Under the pieces are notes generated by a model that saw nothing but the letters and a program-made list of their open reading frames with translations, was not told where the DNA came from and did no database searches. A program made the translations under genes and the position numbers. From NCBI GenBank assembly GCA_965603825.1, contig CBFDEM010000021.1, positions 434,001 through 498,000 on the forward strand: a DNA stretch of 64,000 nucleotides, given 5' to 3'. Source of the stretch: Blepharisma stoltei ATCC 30299. Taxonomy: Eukaryota > Protista > Ciliophora. This document shows positions 25,536 through 35,453 of the stretch, piece by piece. Positions within the stretch are counted from its first letter, which is position 1, and each line of letters starts with the position of its first letter.

Positions 25536-27416
25536 ATGGAAAAATCAACGAAAAGATTATCTCTATCAGCTATTAAAGAAGCAGACATTTTAAGCTTAAA
25601 TAAGCTTGCGTTGGAGCATCTGAAAACTGAAGAATATGAAAGTTCTCTAAACTATTTAGAGCAGTCTTTATTAAATTTAAAAACTTTTAAACCAAGTCAA
25701 TCCATAGACAAATTATCAGCAATTACATATAAAAATTTGGGCTTTTTTTACAAAAAAGTTGGGAAATTGCAAGAAGGAATTAATTGGTTTCTAAAAGCCC
25801 TTGAAATTGAGAAAAAAATCCCCAACCAATTCCTTAACGTAGCTGGAACTTATTTAAATATATGTTCAATTTTTTCACAATTAAAAATTCATGAAAAAGC
25901 TCTACAAAGCGCACTTAAAGCTATAGAAATATTGCAGAATAACTATTCAGCAGAAGTGAATATAGTAACAACTCTTGTAATAGCCCTCCACAACGCTGGT
26001 GTTGAGCATGAGCATCTTTTTCAATTTGGGGATGCTTTAGAGTGCTATGAATCAGGATTAAAACTCAGCAAAGAGCATCTTGGTACTAAAAATAATCTAA
26101 CCCTCGCTCTCAAAAGAAGTTTGGATGAGGTATCTGGGCAAGCCATTCCTTTAAAAAATTCGAGCAAATGGAATAAAGGAACTTTTTTGAATACTTCTTT
26201 AAATTATTCTTTATTAAAAGATACGAAAAAGTGAAGTCTGACTCCAAAAGCCGAGAAAAGTTCTCTTTTGAGAAATTTCAGCCAAGATAAAAGCAACAAA
26301 AGGTATGTGATTGAGAGGAAAAGTAAAGAGTCCCAAGGAAAAATATTGAAAAAGGTGAATACTGATATTAGAAATAGAACTTTTTCTGCAAGATGTCCAA
26401 AAAATAGTATAAAGCCCGATGTGTATTGAAATAAAAACAGACTTTTAAATAGCACGATAGATTCAAAAAAATCTGTAAGTGCAAAGTCAAGTATTTCATC
26501 ATATTCTCCATCACTAAAAATGGCAAAATTAAGAACTTATATCTTAGAAACTCCAAAAGTGTCAATTTTTGATTTTCCAGAAGAAAAACCCAGAGAAAAG
26601 CTAAAGCAGCATGAAGTTAGATCGAATAAAATTGATTTAATAAATTACAAAGAGCAAGAAAGAACTGCAGTAATCATGATTCAAGCATGATGAAGAGGAG
26701 TTTTGACTCGGCTAAAGTTCAAAGAAAAATTGTTGATGCATAAGCTTAAAAATGCTGCTGCACTAGAAGCAAAGGCTCAATTTGAATTATCCCAAATTAA
26801 AATCAAAATGAATGATTTGAAAAGAAATTATGATATGCGAGAAAAGAATACGCATAATGATATAGAAACTGAAAAGAAAATACTAGAGCCTGATTATAGT
26901 AAAAAAATCGTAAAGATAGCTCCTCAAGAAGTTAAATTCAAAAGCATTGAAAAGAAAAAAATATTTGAGTCTGATATTAGCAAAGATATTGAGAAGGAAA
27001 AACCTAGAGAACGAGTTAGCAAAGAAATTGAAAAGAAAATCATTGAATCAGATTGCGAGGCTACAGAAAAGAAATTACTTCATCAATTAAAAAATAATAG
27101 AGTCGATGAAAAGAAAAAGCCTGAGGGAAAATGTATTGTAGAAGCTGAAAAGAAAATCGAGGACGATAGTCATGGCAGAAAGAATGAAATAATGTTTCAA
27201 AATATTTTGAAAATCCAATCTAGCTTCCGTTCATTTCTTTGTAAGCAAAAATGCAAAAAAATGATTATCTCTATTAAAAAAATTCAAGCATCTGTGCGCA
27301 TGTTCTTGATTCGAAGATTATATAGAAAAATTTTATCAGCAATTATATTTATCCAATTATTTGTAAGAGCAAAAAATCAGAAAATAAATAAAACTTATAA
27401 GCGTTTAAATAATTAA
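25536..27416 (+). CDS. TPR-repeat plus IQ-motif protein (626 aa)
   Basis: N-terminal TPRs; IQAWWRG uses tandem TGATGA at 26688-26693; C-terminal IQSSFR, IQASVR, IQLFVR. Confidence 0.85.
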
Positions 27417-27639
27417 TTAAAATATTAATTTATATTTGCATTCAAACTTATTTGAATGTTCTTTAGATCAATTTTAAAGTATTATATTATAAGAATTTTA
27501 AGTTATTGTAAAAGATCTCTTTTTAAAAAATTTATAACTAAGATAAAATGGAATAAGAAATTCATTCATGGCAACTTTAATAGCCTTGAGATATTTTATA
27601 TCATAATTTTAATTTATAAAATTACGAGCCAAATGAATT

Positions 27640-27646
27640 AAAAAAA
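27640..27646 (-). terminator. RNA Pol III oligo-T terminator of the 5S gene
   Basis: T7 run just 3' of the 5S rRNA on the minus strand. Confidence 0.8.
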
Positions 27647-27647
27647 T

Positions 27648-27766
27648 AGCTGTCAGCACGAGGGCTTCCCTGGCGGTCCCCCACCCAAGTACTAACCTCG
27701 CCTTATGCCGCTTAACTTCAGAGTTCGGATGGGATCTGGTGCGTTAGGCATAGTATGGCCGACAAC
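27648..27766 (-). rRNA. 5S: 5S rRNA
   Basis: GTTGTCGGCCATAC...GATCCCATCCGAACTCTGAAGTTAAGC...TTAGTACTTGGGTGGGGGACC...GTGCTGACAGCT; 119 nt with paired termini. Confidence 0.98.
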
Positions 27767-28051
27767 AAGAAATTAGTCTTTGTCTTCTATAAATATCACT
27801 TCTCAATAAAACATTTCTCCAATAAAATACTTTAATATAGAATTTTGGGTGTTTCTATTTTACATTTTTTAATTTATCTTTTAGGTTAGCCTTATTTACT
27901 ATTTAAGGTCAAAATTTCTGAGAAACAATTGATTTTGCTTTTATTTTTAAGAATTTTCAAGAAAAGCTATATTTAAGATTAAAAATTATTTCCAAAGATA
28001 TTTTCGAAGTAAAAAATTTACCAATTTCCCTTATTTACACATTCAAGTTGC

Positions 28052-28261
28052 TTATGATGAAATTTCAGCCTTTTTCACTTCTGCAACAATCATTTTCATA
28101 GCCTCTCTATACTCCATCACAACCATACTAATTTCTCGATCAAAAATCTGGGTAACATGCTCAGTCCACCTTTCTCGAAGTTTCTCAATGAATTCAGCGA
28201 CTGTGATACCAGGGTACATTGTGATAAATTCTCGAATTGTTTCCGCGCGAACTTTTTCCAT
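28052..28261 (-). CDS. Small hypothetical helical protein (69 aa)
   Basis: ATG to TAA with coding-like composition relative to AT-rich flank; starts 7 nt after the ODA1 stop. Confidence 0.55.
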   Translation of the reverse strand: MEKVRAETIREFITMYPGITVAEFIEKLRERWTEHVTQIFDREISMVVMEYREAMKMIVAEVKKAEISS

Positions 28262-28268
28262 TTTAAAA

Positions 28269-29843
28269 TTATTTTTTAGATCTGATTTTAGACTGTTTAA
28301 ACTTGTTCTTCAGTTGGCTTTCGAGCTGCTGAGCTCTTTTTTCCGCTCTCTGCTTGAATTCTTCTGATGTAAGTGGTTTGTCGTCTTCGATATCTTCTTC
28401 TTCATCAGAAATGTCATCTCTTACATTTGGAGCTTCAATTCTTGGAGGGTTAGATGAAGGTGGCCCTTGAGGTCCTGGCATCGCGAACTCCCCTCTTCCT
28501 TTCTGCATTTGAAGCAGTGCGTAAGCTTGGAAAATTTCACTTGATCTTTGTTCAATTAAGGCTAAATACTGTTCCATGTTGCTTTCAGTCACATTGTCTC
28601 CCAGAAACTCATGGGCTAGCTGTGTTTGGCAGTCTATCCCGACAAATAGCTTTTTAATTTCTTCCTTGAGGGCGTTCACTGTTTTTAAGGCTTCTTGATA
28701 TTTAAGCTCATACATTTCTGCTTTATTAGCGTATTTATTCTGCTTTTCTTCTAGTGTGATTTTTTTCCTCTGCATGTGTTGGCCATCTTCTTTACCTTTA
28801 CAGCTAGTAATTTCGATTTGCAAGTCTTGTATTTGCTTTTCGAGCATCTCTATATCATTGCTGAGCTCATTTACAAACTTAAATAGTGTAAAGTTTTTAT
28901 CTTCAGCCCTTATGAAATTATTCACAAGCTCATCAATGTCCTGAATTCCAGTTGCTGCTTGTATTTTATTAAAAGCGTCTTCATATATTTTTACTCTTTC
29001 TGCTGTGAGTTGGCTTGGGCTTGCTTTTCCTCTTTTTCTTGCAGTATCATCTTCAGCTTTAGGAGCTTCTGTATGCTCAGCATGCTCCCTTTCTGCCTGC
29101 TTGAGCTTCAAGAAGTCTTTCATTTTCTTGTCTTTTTCGATCAAAGTATTCAGATTTTTCCATTCTTTTTCAAACTCCATCTGCTCGCGCTCTGCCTGCT
29201 GCTTCAATGCTGCAAGCTGATCTTGAGCCCTATCTCTATCTTCATAGGCCGAGTTAGCAGCTTCAATGATGTTTGCCATTTCCTTCCTTTTATTGTGGAG
29301 CTCTTTTTCAAGTTTTTGGTAAATTTTATCAAAGATCACTCTTTCCCTTCTCAAATTATCGATCTCTTCTCTCAGCTTTTTATTATGCGCAATCGCTTCA
29401 TTGAACTTTTGGTTTGCTTTGTCAAGTCTGTTCTCAAGTATCCTCATTTGCTTATTAAGAGCGTTTGCTGTATCTCTACTTGCGTTTATTCCGCCCATTT
29501 GATCTCTCTGTTTGAAAATTTTGTCTTGGATTATCTTGATGTTTGATTCCAACTCTTTGATGCGCCTCTGCTCCACATCAATTTGGTCTTGATATGAACT
29601 TATAGGCTCAAGAACTGTGCTTGGCCTAGACGCGGGTCTGATTTCTTTAGTTTTTTGAAGATTGTTGAGATCGTCACTTAAAGCGTTATTTTCTTTCTTA
29701 AGCTTCTGGATCTGAGAACGTTGCTTTTTGATATGGCTTTGGACGTCTTCAGTATATTGTCGGATGTCATTTGATATAAAGCGGATTTTTCGCTGGGCAT
29801 CTGCAATGGCTTCTTGGGTGTTCTTAGGTTGAAAGTCTTCCAT
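28269..29843 (-). CDS. Outer dynein arm docking complex subunit DC2 (ODA1/CCDC114/ODAD1-like)
   Basis: Coiled coil with RILENRLDKANQKFNEAIAHNKKLREEIDNLRRER and FIRAEDKNFTLFKFVNEL. Confidence 0.9.
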   Translation of the reverse strand: MEDFQPKNTQEAIADAQRKIRFISNDIRQYTEDVQSHIKKQRSQIQKLKKENNALSDDLNNLQKTKEIRPASRPSTVLEPISSYQDQIDVEQRRIKELESNIKIIQDKIFKQRDQMGGINASRDTANALNKQMRILENRLDKANQKFNEAIAHNKKLREEIDNLRRERVIFDKIYQKLEKELHNKRKEMANIIEAANSAYEDRDRAQDQLAALKQQAEREQMEFEKEWKNLNTLIEKDKKMKDFLKLKQAEREHAEHTEAPKAEDDTARKRGKASPSQLTAERVKIYEDAFNKIQAATGIQDIDELVNNFIRAEDKNFTLFKFVNELSNDIEMLEKQIQDLQIEITSCKGKEDGQHMQRKKITLEEKQNKYANKAEMYELKYQEALKTVNALKEEIKKLFVGIDCQTQLAHEFLGDNVTESNMEQYLALIEQRSSEIFQAYALLQMQKGRGEFAMPGPQGPPSSNPPRIEAPNVRDDISDEEEDIEDDKPLTSEEFKQRAEKRAQQLESQLKNKFKQSKIRSKK

Positions 29844-29844
29844 T

Positions 29845-30504
29845 TTATTTAAAACAATGTTTAAAACTAAAACCTCCGCAGATTAAAGCAGAGAAAAAAT
29901 AAATATTCAAAACAATCATCGTGGAAGCTAAAATTGTTGATTTCACATTTTTTCGGAGCTTTCATCTTTGCTTTCGAGGTGGCTGAGCTAGGAGTTTTGC
30001 TGCTTCCTCAACAGTTTCATTAGCTTTATGAGTTTTTTCATGGCTTTCTTCTATGACTTCGCTTATATCTTCAACCAGCAGCCCAATAACTTTGTCAGCG
30101 CTTCCATCTGGGATCTTGGAAAGGTCACTATTAGGGTTTTGGTCAATTTTCTGCACAATTTCATAAAGTTCTTTAGTGAATTCTTCATTTAGCTGCTTTC
30201 CAACCTCACTTGCGTCTTCCTCATCGTAATCTGACTGAAACTTTTCAATCAATTCATATAGAAATAAGAAGGCTCCAATTTTAGGGTAATTTGGATCAGT
30301 GATGCATATATATGTAAACCCACCCTGGTTTATGTAATGGATAATAATGCTAGCCTTTCATGAATAAGAGTGTATTGAGCCTTCCAAAATATGAGGTAGA
30401 AGTCTTCTCAGTTGGTCTTCATATCTCTTATCATCAAGATCTATTTCTATAATAGGATCAATTGATTTGTCTTTTATTACAGCCACGTACTTAATCAAAT
30501 TCAT
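29845..30504 (-). CDS. VAMP7-like longin-domain membrane protein with degenerate SNARE motif (219 aa)
   Basis: Longin HYINQGGFTYICITDPNYPKIGAFLFL; TGA at 30358 and 29962; C-terminal TM then CGGFSFKHCFK; TAA 29845-29847. Confidence 0.82.
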
Positions 30505-30533
30505 GCTAACTCTCTTTATTTTTTGCTATTATA

Positions 30534-31172
30534 ATGAATAGATCAAGGTTAAGATATAAAAATTTAAGTACAAGAGCATCACCAAGTCCAGGAAGAAGCC
30601 CAAGCCCAGTCTTATTTGGCACTGAGGCAATTTCTAAGTCAGTTTATCTTCCTAGTATTGCAGCCTCAGTTGGTCATTCTAGAGATACTGAGCCAGTACA
30701 TAAAAGTTTTCATAAAATACCATCACAAAAACATTATTCACCCCTTCGCTCATCAGGCAACAAAGAATATAAGTTCAAACTTAATAAGATCCGGATGCTT
30801 GCGAGAAAAAGTCCTATGTCTATAAAGCGAAAATTAATGCCTAACGTGATTCAAGGCTTTTTTGAAGCAATAAAACGGAAAAATTTAAAAAAAGATGAGA
30901 GCTTGAAGGATTTCAGAGAAATTTCTACACCGTTTGTGACTAATTTCGAAGAGAAAATACAGAAGGAAACGCTTGAGAGAAAAAATACAGCTGAGGCAAG
31001 CACTGTAACAGTAGAGAGAGATGTTTATTCTCCAGGAAGAATTTCTGTATTGATAAAGCATCATAAACATGATTTGGCTACTGCAAATAGGAAAACCTTT
31101 TATGTCCGTAAAGCATCGTTAAATGGAGTAGTCTTGCCATGAAGCCCGCATAACAACCCGCTTCCTGTGTAA
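30534..31172 (+). CDS. Hypothetical basic, Ser/Pro-rich protein (212 aa)
   Basis: ORF extended through TGA 31140 to TAA 31170-31172. Confidence 0.7.
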
Positions 31173-31268
31173 ATTAGCTAAAATTTAATCTAAACTTTAT
31201 TATTTCCTATTATTCTAGCCGCTCTGATACTTTTGTATGTGTCCTGATTTTAGCTATATATAAAATTC

Positions 31269-31550
31269 TTACATTTCATCGTCTTCTAAGTCTATATGAT
31301 TTATACCGCTTTTCGATGTTTCTGATCCTTCGTCACTATTAAGCGTTAAAACTTTTGATAATGAGAGATAGTATAAAGGATGGCAAGCTCTCATAAGAAC
31401 TACTTTATTATGTTCAGTGCTGCTTATATTTTACTAAAGTCTCACAGACCTATAAGTCATTTGCTTAATGCTCGTCGTTGTGCGAAATCTAGCTATTTTT
31501 TACTGTCTTGCAATAAATTTGGCACAGAAGCTTCTGAAATGACTGTTCAT
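31269..31550 (-). CDS. Small protein (83 aa) with two 15-nt introns and a mitochondrial-presequence-like N-terminus
   Basis: Introns 31489-31503 (GTAAAAAATAGCTAG) and 31420-31434 (GTAAAATATAAGCAG) each remove an in-frame stop. Confidence 0.65.
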
Positions 31551-31636
31551 ACCACAAATTTTATTAAGAAAACCCTATTGATTTCGTAGCTAGGTTAAAG
31601 ATTCCAAAAGTCCTACTTAATGAGTGGATATAATAA

Positions 31637-32362
31637 ATGGAAGCTTCAGGCAAAAAGGGCAATATTTTTGCTCTTCTCGACGACGACGTAGAAGACACCC
31701 CAAAACCTAAATCTGAGGCTAAAAAGGGATCATCAAGCACTGAAAAGCAAGCTGGCCAATCTTCAAAATCGGAAGGCAAAGCCAAAGAGTCTCAGCAAGT
31801 CAAAAAGACTCCAGCCCAGCCTAGATCACAGCAACCTATGGCTCCAATTCCTTCTTCCAAGGAAACTAAAAACCAAGACAAAAAGAGGCGAGAAGCACCA
31901 GGAGATGATAGAAAACAAAGAACAGCTTACAGAGGCAAAGATCTGAAACGCGACGGAGCAGGCGGACATAACTGGGGCAAAGCCACTGACTTGCCAGGAG
32001 AAGAGCCTAAAGAAGAAGTCGATACCAAGGCTGAAGATGAGGCCAAAGAAGAAGCCAGCCCTGAAGAAGGTGCAGAGAAGGTTGAAGAACAGCCTAAAGA
32101 ACAATTTTTGACTCTAGACGAATACTTCGGAACTGCTAAAGAAGAAGAAAAGACCGAAGAAGAACCAAAGGATGAACTTTTACGCTTTAGAATTAACAAA
32201 GGAAACAGGCGTAAACCACAGCAAGGTGGATACAAGAAAGGGGAAAAAGGTGAAGGAGAAAAAGAAGGAAAACCTGAGAAAAAGGAATATAGAGGACCAA
32301 GAAAAAATGTCCAGCAAGCTCCTAATTTCGCAGATGCAAACGCTTTTCCTGCTTTGGCTTAA
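31637..32362 (+). CDS. SERBP1/HABP4/Stm1-like RNA/ribosome-binding protein
   Basis: NIFALL N-terminus, KRDGAGGHNWG, TLDEY, C-terminal FPAL. Confidence 0.85.
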   Translation: MEASGKKGNIFALLDDDVEDTPKPKSEAKKGSSSTEKQAGQSSKSEGKAKESQQVKKTPAQPRSQQPMAPIPSSKETKNQDKKRREAPGDDRKQRTAYRGKDLKRDGAGGHNWGKATDLPGEEPKEEVDTKAEDEAKEEASPEEGAEKVEEQPKEQFLTLDEYFGTAKEEEKTEEEPKDELLRFRINKGNRRKPQQGGYKKGEKGEGEKEGKPEKKEYRGPRKNVQQAPNFADANAFPALA

Positions 32363-32465
32363 AACGGGGACTTCTCAAATAATTTAGGTATTTTGAGACA
32401 ACTAATCTTGACTTTATTATGGAAAAGATTTTCTTAGTAATCTCATAAAATTCAGCAAACCAAAA

Positions 32466-33482
32466 ATGGCTTCAGCTAAAACTCTTCTTAAAAGGCCAGG
32501 CACTCAAAGTGAGGCTTCTATTTCAAAGAAGCTGATAATGCAGCAGCGAAAATCGCTCCCAAACCCTTTCAGTGTTCCAAATTCAAGGAACCCTGAAAGT
32601 CAGCTTAAAACGGCTAAGCTACAATCAAAGTCCCCAACTCCTCTGCCTGATCTTCCGACTTCTCCTCGTTTTAATCATACTTCTCCATCGCCAGAGATGC
32701 CAAAAAAAGATCAAAGTAGTAGCTCATGTCCTTTAGATGACCCTGAACTTCCAGCAGTTGGTGAGCTTGAACATGCAGTAGGCTACTGCTTCTGTCACCA
32801 CTGTAATTGTGGAAAGCATGAATGTATCAGTAAATCTCGTAAATTACTAAAAACTGCAAGCTCAGCCTGGAGAACACGCTACAAGCAAGAATTCAGGCCC
32901 CGAACTCCTGAAAAGACTTGATGTTTTAAACCAGAAGACACGAAGCTTGGTTGTTTTGCGAAAAGTAATGATTTCACTACAACAAATCAGCATTTCTATA
33001 AAACTTTTCAAATAGAAAAGAAGGAGAAGCCAAAAGAAGAAGTGCCTGATTCCAATTTAAGGCTGGATGGTAGAACTAATTACCAAAGAGATTTTATAAA
33101 CTGGAAGGTTGACGATGCTGTGTACTTTGGAAGGCCAAATTTGCCATATCGTGGCGGAATGGTGAAAGCTAACAATAGTACAACTTACCGTGAAGTTTTT
33201 CAGCCGCATGTTGTTAATATTGGGCTAAATAGAGCGAATTCATTGAATGGGCTTCAAAGTGGACGAGTTTTCAACACTATGGGGACTGAAGAATATTTCT
33301 ATAAAACAACTGCAAGTCAATTTTTCAGAAAAGAAACTGAAGAAGCAAACATGCTCAATACAAGATATAGAACCAAGCACGATAAAGCTGACGGATTAAT
33401 GGCACCCAAAGGACACTTCGCCACGATGTATGCATCTGAGTTTACATCGAAGAAAATCCCTAAACAGCTGACTAGAGGCTAA
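32466..33482 (+). CDS. SAXO/FAM154-like microtubule inner protein (338 aa)
   Basis: CFCHHCNCGKHEC plus repeated Mn-like motifs TRYKQEF, TNYQRDF, TTYREVF, TMYASEF; joined by TGA 32919. Confidence 0.75.
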
Positions 33483-33514
33483 AATTAATTATTAATTATT
33501 GCAGATATAATAAA

Positions 33515-34303
33515 ATGAATGGAAATATTGATGAGTTTATAGTGGCATGCATAATGAATGATTATAAAAGGGACGATCCTTATATTCTAAGTGATGCAGA
33601 AAGGGAAGAAATTGAAGCCAAACAGATGATTTACCAATCTCTGATCTCTGATATTAATATTGAGATCGGGCAAGAAGCATCCAAAAAGGATAGAAAACTG
33701 AGAGGAGATGAGAACTTGTCAGATGATACTTTAACTTATGGGGAAATTGATTTTATTCCCTTGGCTGAAATTATTTTTACCATAAAAAACAGATATGGAG
33801 GATGTAGAGAGGGAAACTTTTATGATCTTGGCTCTGGAACTGGAAAGCCTGTAATTGCAGCTGCACTTTTAGGAAATTTTCTAGAGTGTAAAGGAATTGA
33901 GCTTTTAAGTAGCCTTTATGAAGTATCTTTAACAGTGAAAGAAAGATATGATAGGTGAGTCCAAACTCAAGAATGTATGCTTCCAAATAATTCTTATCCA
34001 AAAGTTTCAATGATTTTAGACGATATTTTTGAGTATGACTGGTCAGATGCAGATTTAATTTTGGCAAACTCTACTTGCTATGATGAGAATATGATTGAAA
34101 AAATTGGAAAAATTGAAGTAAGTCCTGGGACTTTTTCAATTTCTTTATCAAACTCATTGCCTGTATCAAGCTGGAGAATTGTTGAGAGCGTAAGAAAAAG
34201 GATGAGCTGAGGCATAGCAACGGTCTATATTCAGCAGAAAATAGATTTAGAAGAAGAAAGGTTGAAAATCTTGGAATTTGGGAAGGCATTAGACTCTGAG
34301 TAA
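33515..34303 (+). CDS. DOT1-like class I SAM-dependent methyltransferase (262 aa)
   Basis: TYGE, FYDLGSGTGK, GIE, ANSTCY, MSWG (TGA 34208); TAA 34301-34303. Confidence 0.8.
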
Positions 34304-34571
34304 AATTATGATATAAGCAATTTGTCATGGGATACAATGAATATTTTTGATTAAGAAGAATTATAATTATTTTATAAAATATTTAATTAATAAATATTTA
34401 TATCGAATAATTTTTGCTGATTCAAAAATCAAGATAATTAGCCTTTTCTTATCTGAAATTATTTTAGATTTAGATGATAATTAAGAATTATTTATTTATT
34501 AAAAAATGATGTAATGACTCAAGATAAAAAGCGATGCCAAAATCTCTCATTTTTCTAATGGTTATAATAAA

Positions 34572-35408
34572 ATGTTTTGGGCTACTTCTCTTAAACAAGG
34601 CAGTACTTGCAATCTCTCCCAGCAAAAAGACAAAGGCGAGCTTCTTCATCTTTCCCAATCAATCCTTCATCCAAATGGACCAGAAGGCCTTCATACAGTC
34701 TTCGTCACAGTTGATGGCAAAAAGTACCCAATCGCTAATTTAGACAAAAAGTCAAAAGACACTGCCCAGCTCGATCTCTATTTCCAAGCCGTAAGCTCCC
34801 CAGTTTTCTCCATCCAAGGACCAGGTGAAGTTTCTTTACTCGGCTATTTTGAGCCAGAAGAAGAATCAGGTCCAAAGTTCGCTGAAGAAAGCGACTCAGA
34901 GGTGGAGGAAGAAGAAGAAGCTTCTAGCGAAGAAGAAAGTGAAAGCGAAGAGGAAGAAGAAGAAGAAGAAGAAGTCAAGCCTAAGACTAATGGCCAAAAG
35001 CCTCAGCCAAAACCTCAGGCCAAGCCTCAAGCTCAAGCAAAACCTGAATCACCTAGTGATGAAGAAGAAAGCGACGAAGAGAGTGAAGGGGAAAGCGAAG
35101 AAAGCAAAGAGGAAAGCGATGAAGACGAAAGTGACAGCGAAGAAGATGAACTTCCTAAGAAAAGAGAAGGAGGAGCTGCATCTGCTGGACAACCACAGAA
35201 ACAAGGCAAAGGACAGCCTCAAAAATCACAGCAAAAGACTCCTCAAAAGCAACAGGAAAACCAACCAAAACAGCAAACTCCTCAGCCAAAACAGCAAACT
35301 CCTCAACAAAAGCAAACCCCAAAGCAGCAGACACCAGGGTTTAAATCAGCTGAAAAGAGCGGCCAAAAGCCTCAAGAAAAATCTGGCAAGAAAGAACAAA
35401 AGCACTAA
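34572..35408 (+). CDS. Nucleoplasmin-like (NPL) domain protein with acidic tracts (HD2/FKBP39-type histone chaperone)
   Basis: MFWA start, LHLSQ, QLDLYF, GPGEVSLLGYF, long E/D/S tracts, Q/K/TP-rich tail. Confidence 0.82.
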   Translation: MFWATSLKQGSTCNLSQQKDKGELLHLSQSILHPNGPEGLHTVFVTVDGKKYPIANLDKKSKDTAQLDLYFQAVSSPVFSIQGPGEVSLLGYFEPEEESGPKFAEESDSEVEEEEEASSEEESESEEEEEEEEEVKPKTNGQKPQPKPQAKPQAQAKPESPSDEEESDEESEGESEESKEESDEDESDSEEDELPKKREGGAASAGQPQKQGKGQPQKSQQKTPQKQQENQPKQQTPQPKQQTPQQKQTPKQQTPGFKSAEKSGQKPQEKSGKKEQKH

Positions 35409-35453
35409 AATAAGCTAAATCCCCATTTCACACAATTTCTTAATATTTAAATT

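Noticed and set aside
28959-29546. 195-aa hydrophobic plus-strand ORF
   Set aside because: Antisense shadow of the coiled-coil ODA1 gene
31190-31620. C/D snoRNA cluster (ATGATT/CTGA boxes)
   Set aside because: No rRNA complementarity recognised; better explained by the spliced minus-strand gene
34825-35418. Lys-rich histone H1-like ORF
   Set aside because: Alternate-frame reading of the GAA-rich acidic NPL tracts
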